DNA of 64,000 nucleotides from Octopus bimaculoides (Eukaryota): the NCBI RefSeq assembly GCF_001194135.2, contig NC_068999.1, forward strand, positions 33,015,910 through 33,079,909, in the 5' to 3' direction. Shown here in pieces: positions 61,874 through 64,000 of this stretch (position 1 is the first letter of the stretch; each line of letters opens with the position of its first letter). The translations under genes were made by a program, and so were the position numbers. Under the pieces are notes generated by a model. That model did not search any database and was not told the DNA's origin. It saw only the letters and a list, made by a program, of their open reading frames with translations.

Positions 61874-63553
61874 GTACGTTTTAAACTTTACTTATTAATT
61901 GTTCTCTTCATTAACAATTCTGCAATTAGTCTAAATATATTCTCTCTCTTTCTCTCTCTCCCTAAATTGTGTGTAAAACATTAACTATATTCTTCTGCAA
62001 TGAAATTTTAACACACATACCACAACTGTTTCCAGTTTGCCTAAGTTGGTTCTGTATTTCAGTCTAACATGATGATTGAAGTAGGAATAATAAGTCATAC
62101 AAGTTCAAGTATTATTTTTATGGTTTCAATACTAGGCTATACTGCTTAATATTCTACTAGAGTTACAATACTAGATTATACTAGTAAATGTAATATTACT
62201 GGGTTACAATGCTAGGTCAAATTATTTAATGTAGTATTACTGGGGTTAAAATTCTAGGTTGCCTCTAGAAGAGAGTCATTCATAGACACCCTAAACAAAC
62301 CCGGAGCAGATGAGGCCCCTCAGTTCTTTAGCTGCTCATCTAAGAGAAGGTAACTCCATAAAAATCATACATCCTTTTAATTACTGGGTTCATGGAACTT
62401 GTTGCACTAGACCAGTACAAGTTTGAAGAATGAGAAAGCGGGACTCTCTCTGCACAAACCATAGCCACTATTTTAATAGTCATTGTGTGGTCGTTCAGCA
62501 AACGAAGGCACCAGCAACCAATATACTTTAATTCATAAGTTCAGTGGCAACAGGGCAAAGAGGTGATGAGTACAGGTAAAGGACACTACAGGAAGTGTTC
62601 AGTCTTGACTCTGCACACAGGCAGCCATAAGATGATGGTTGTTATTAAGCTATGTCTTGTTAAAATCTCTCTCATTGAAGTAACAAGAGAGTCCACCACA
62701 ATTCTAGGTTAAAGTAGTTAATTTAAGGATATGTTACAATATGTTACTATTAGAGATCTGAAAAATCATCATAGCAACAATGACTTGTAATTACTTGGAA
62801 GAATAATTACAAAACAATTCATATTATTCTTGTTGTTGTTATTATTATAAGCCAATTTAACCACTCCTGTCCTTAATAATTAGTGGTTTTCTGTTAATGT
62901 TAGAAATCAGTAGTAATGTGTAAATAACTGAATATATATTGAACTCCAGTTTGTTGCATCATAGGTTCAACTTATGCTGTAGGCGCTATTATTCCATTTT
63001 GTCATTGGGCAAATACACAATAGGTTATTTGGTTTTCAAAATTGGCTTACAACTTTACTACAGTATCCTTGTTTTTGAGTGCACTGATATGGTAACAAAT
63101 GTTATCATTTAATATATTCAGAAGTCAAACAAATTTCTCTCTCTTGCATTAATGTTAATTAGACAATCTTTTTGTAAAGTCACTTTTAATGAATGAGTTT
63201 CTTGAATAATCTCTGTGATTCCATTCATATTATTTTTGATATACTTGGCGGTGGATTGGTAGAATTAGTAGAGTGTCGGACAAAATACCTTGTGGTATTT
63301 TGTCATGTCCCTTTACTTTCTTATTTCAAGACTCACCAAGCCTTTTATCCCTCTAGCAGTCAATAAAGTACCACTGATGTGCTGGACTCAATTTCCTTGA
63401 CTTTTTCCATGCCCCTGCCCAACTTTTCTGGCTCTGTGCCAACATTACAAATTGTTGTTGTTGTTATTATTATTATTATTTCTTTGTTTTCTTTACCAAT
63501 TTCTATTGCGCCAAAAGCTAACCAATATGATTTCTTGTTTTTTCTGCATGCAG

Positions 63554-63574
63554 AAGGCGATTGCCCTGGCCAAG
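63554..63574 (+). CDS. Candidate 21-nt microexon of dlg1 (x-GDCPGQ-x), or start of an alternative terminal exon
   Basis: Branch-like GCTAAC at 63517-63522, T-rich tract, TGCATGCAG acceptor; AAG|GTTTTT is a weak donor; phase 1 to 1. Confidence 0.35.
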
Positions 63575-64000
63575 GTTTTTACTCTGTTTGTTTCTAGATT
63601 ATTGTCAACCTGCTTCTAGCCATGTGCTGTTGTACCCGCTTCATGCTGACACATTTCCACCATCACTGTCACCAACCACTTTCAACTACACCAAATCTGC
63701 ACCCTTCTCACCATATATTTGCTCTTGTGTCTGCATGTAGAAAAAGTGATATTTATGCAATGAAACAAAGGTGCCCAGTCTAAATCCAGCTGGCAGGCAC
63801 ATTTATATAGGGACTACAGATGAGTGGTTCCAGTGTTGGAACCACATATTGATAGTATTTGTGTATCTACCAGAAGTGAAGTATTTGTGTAGTGATCCAG
63901 CCCAAATGTTCTATCTGTTTTATGCTCAAACTGACTAAATCTGGCATATCAAGCCTATCTTACAATGTCTTTCTAAAAATAAACAATCACATCATTGAAA

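Noticed and set aside
57128-64000. GK-domain exons (LSYEPV, RPVIILGP)
   Set aside because: No such motifs seen; presumably downstream of the window.

Overview
AT-rich, microsatellite- and transposon-dense eukaryotic DNA with nine N gaps. The repeat families and style suggest an octopus or other coleoid cephalopod; this is inferred, not shown. The only host gene I can support is a discs-large (dlg1, MAGUK) ortholog on the + strand. Five coding exons splice in frame through canonical GT-AG sites: 16928-17030 (second half of PDZ3), 36906-37008 (PDZ3-SH3 linker), 54444-54620 (SH3), 56711-56774 (HOOK start) and 57019-57127 (I3-like HOOK insert). I did not find the earlier PDZ exons or the GK exons, so they probably lie outside the window. 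The introns contain decayed Tc1 and DD37D/maT transposons, several MITEs, a non-autonomous Helitron, Penelope, RTE, probable HERO-like and Gypsy relics, and several SINE families. Best leads: (1) unannotated frame-preserving splice options around the HOOK region, namely a 3-nt microexon at 61871-61873, a 21-nt microexon at 63554-63574, a 102-nt alternative donor at 56876 and a weaker 111-nt cassette; (2) exonic codons where one A-to-I edit would restore the residue I recall as conserved in Dlg orthologs; (3) a ~370-nt intronic fold-back at 32297-32666; (4) a fold-back MITE whose 8-bp TSD is confirmed by an empty site in a paralogous transposon in this window. No CRISPR, rRNA or genuine tRNA gene was seen.
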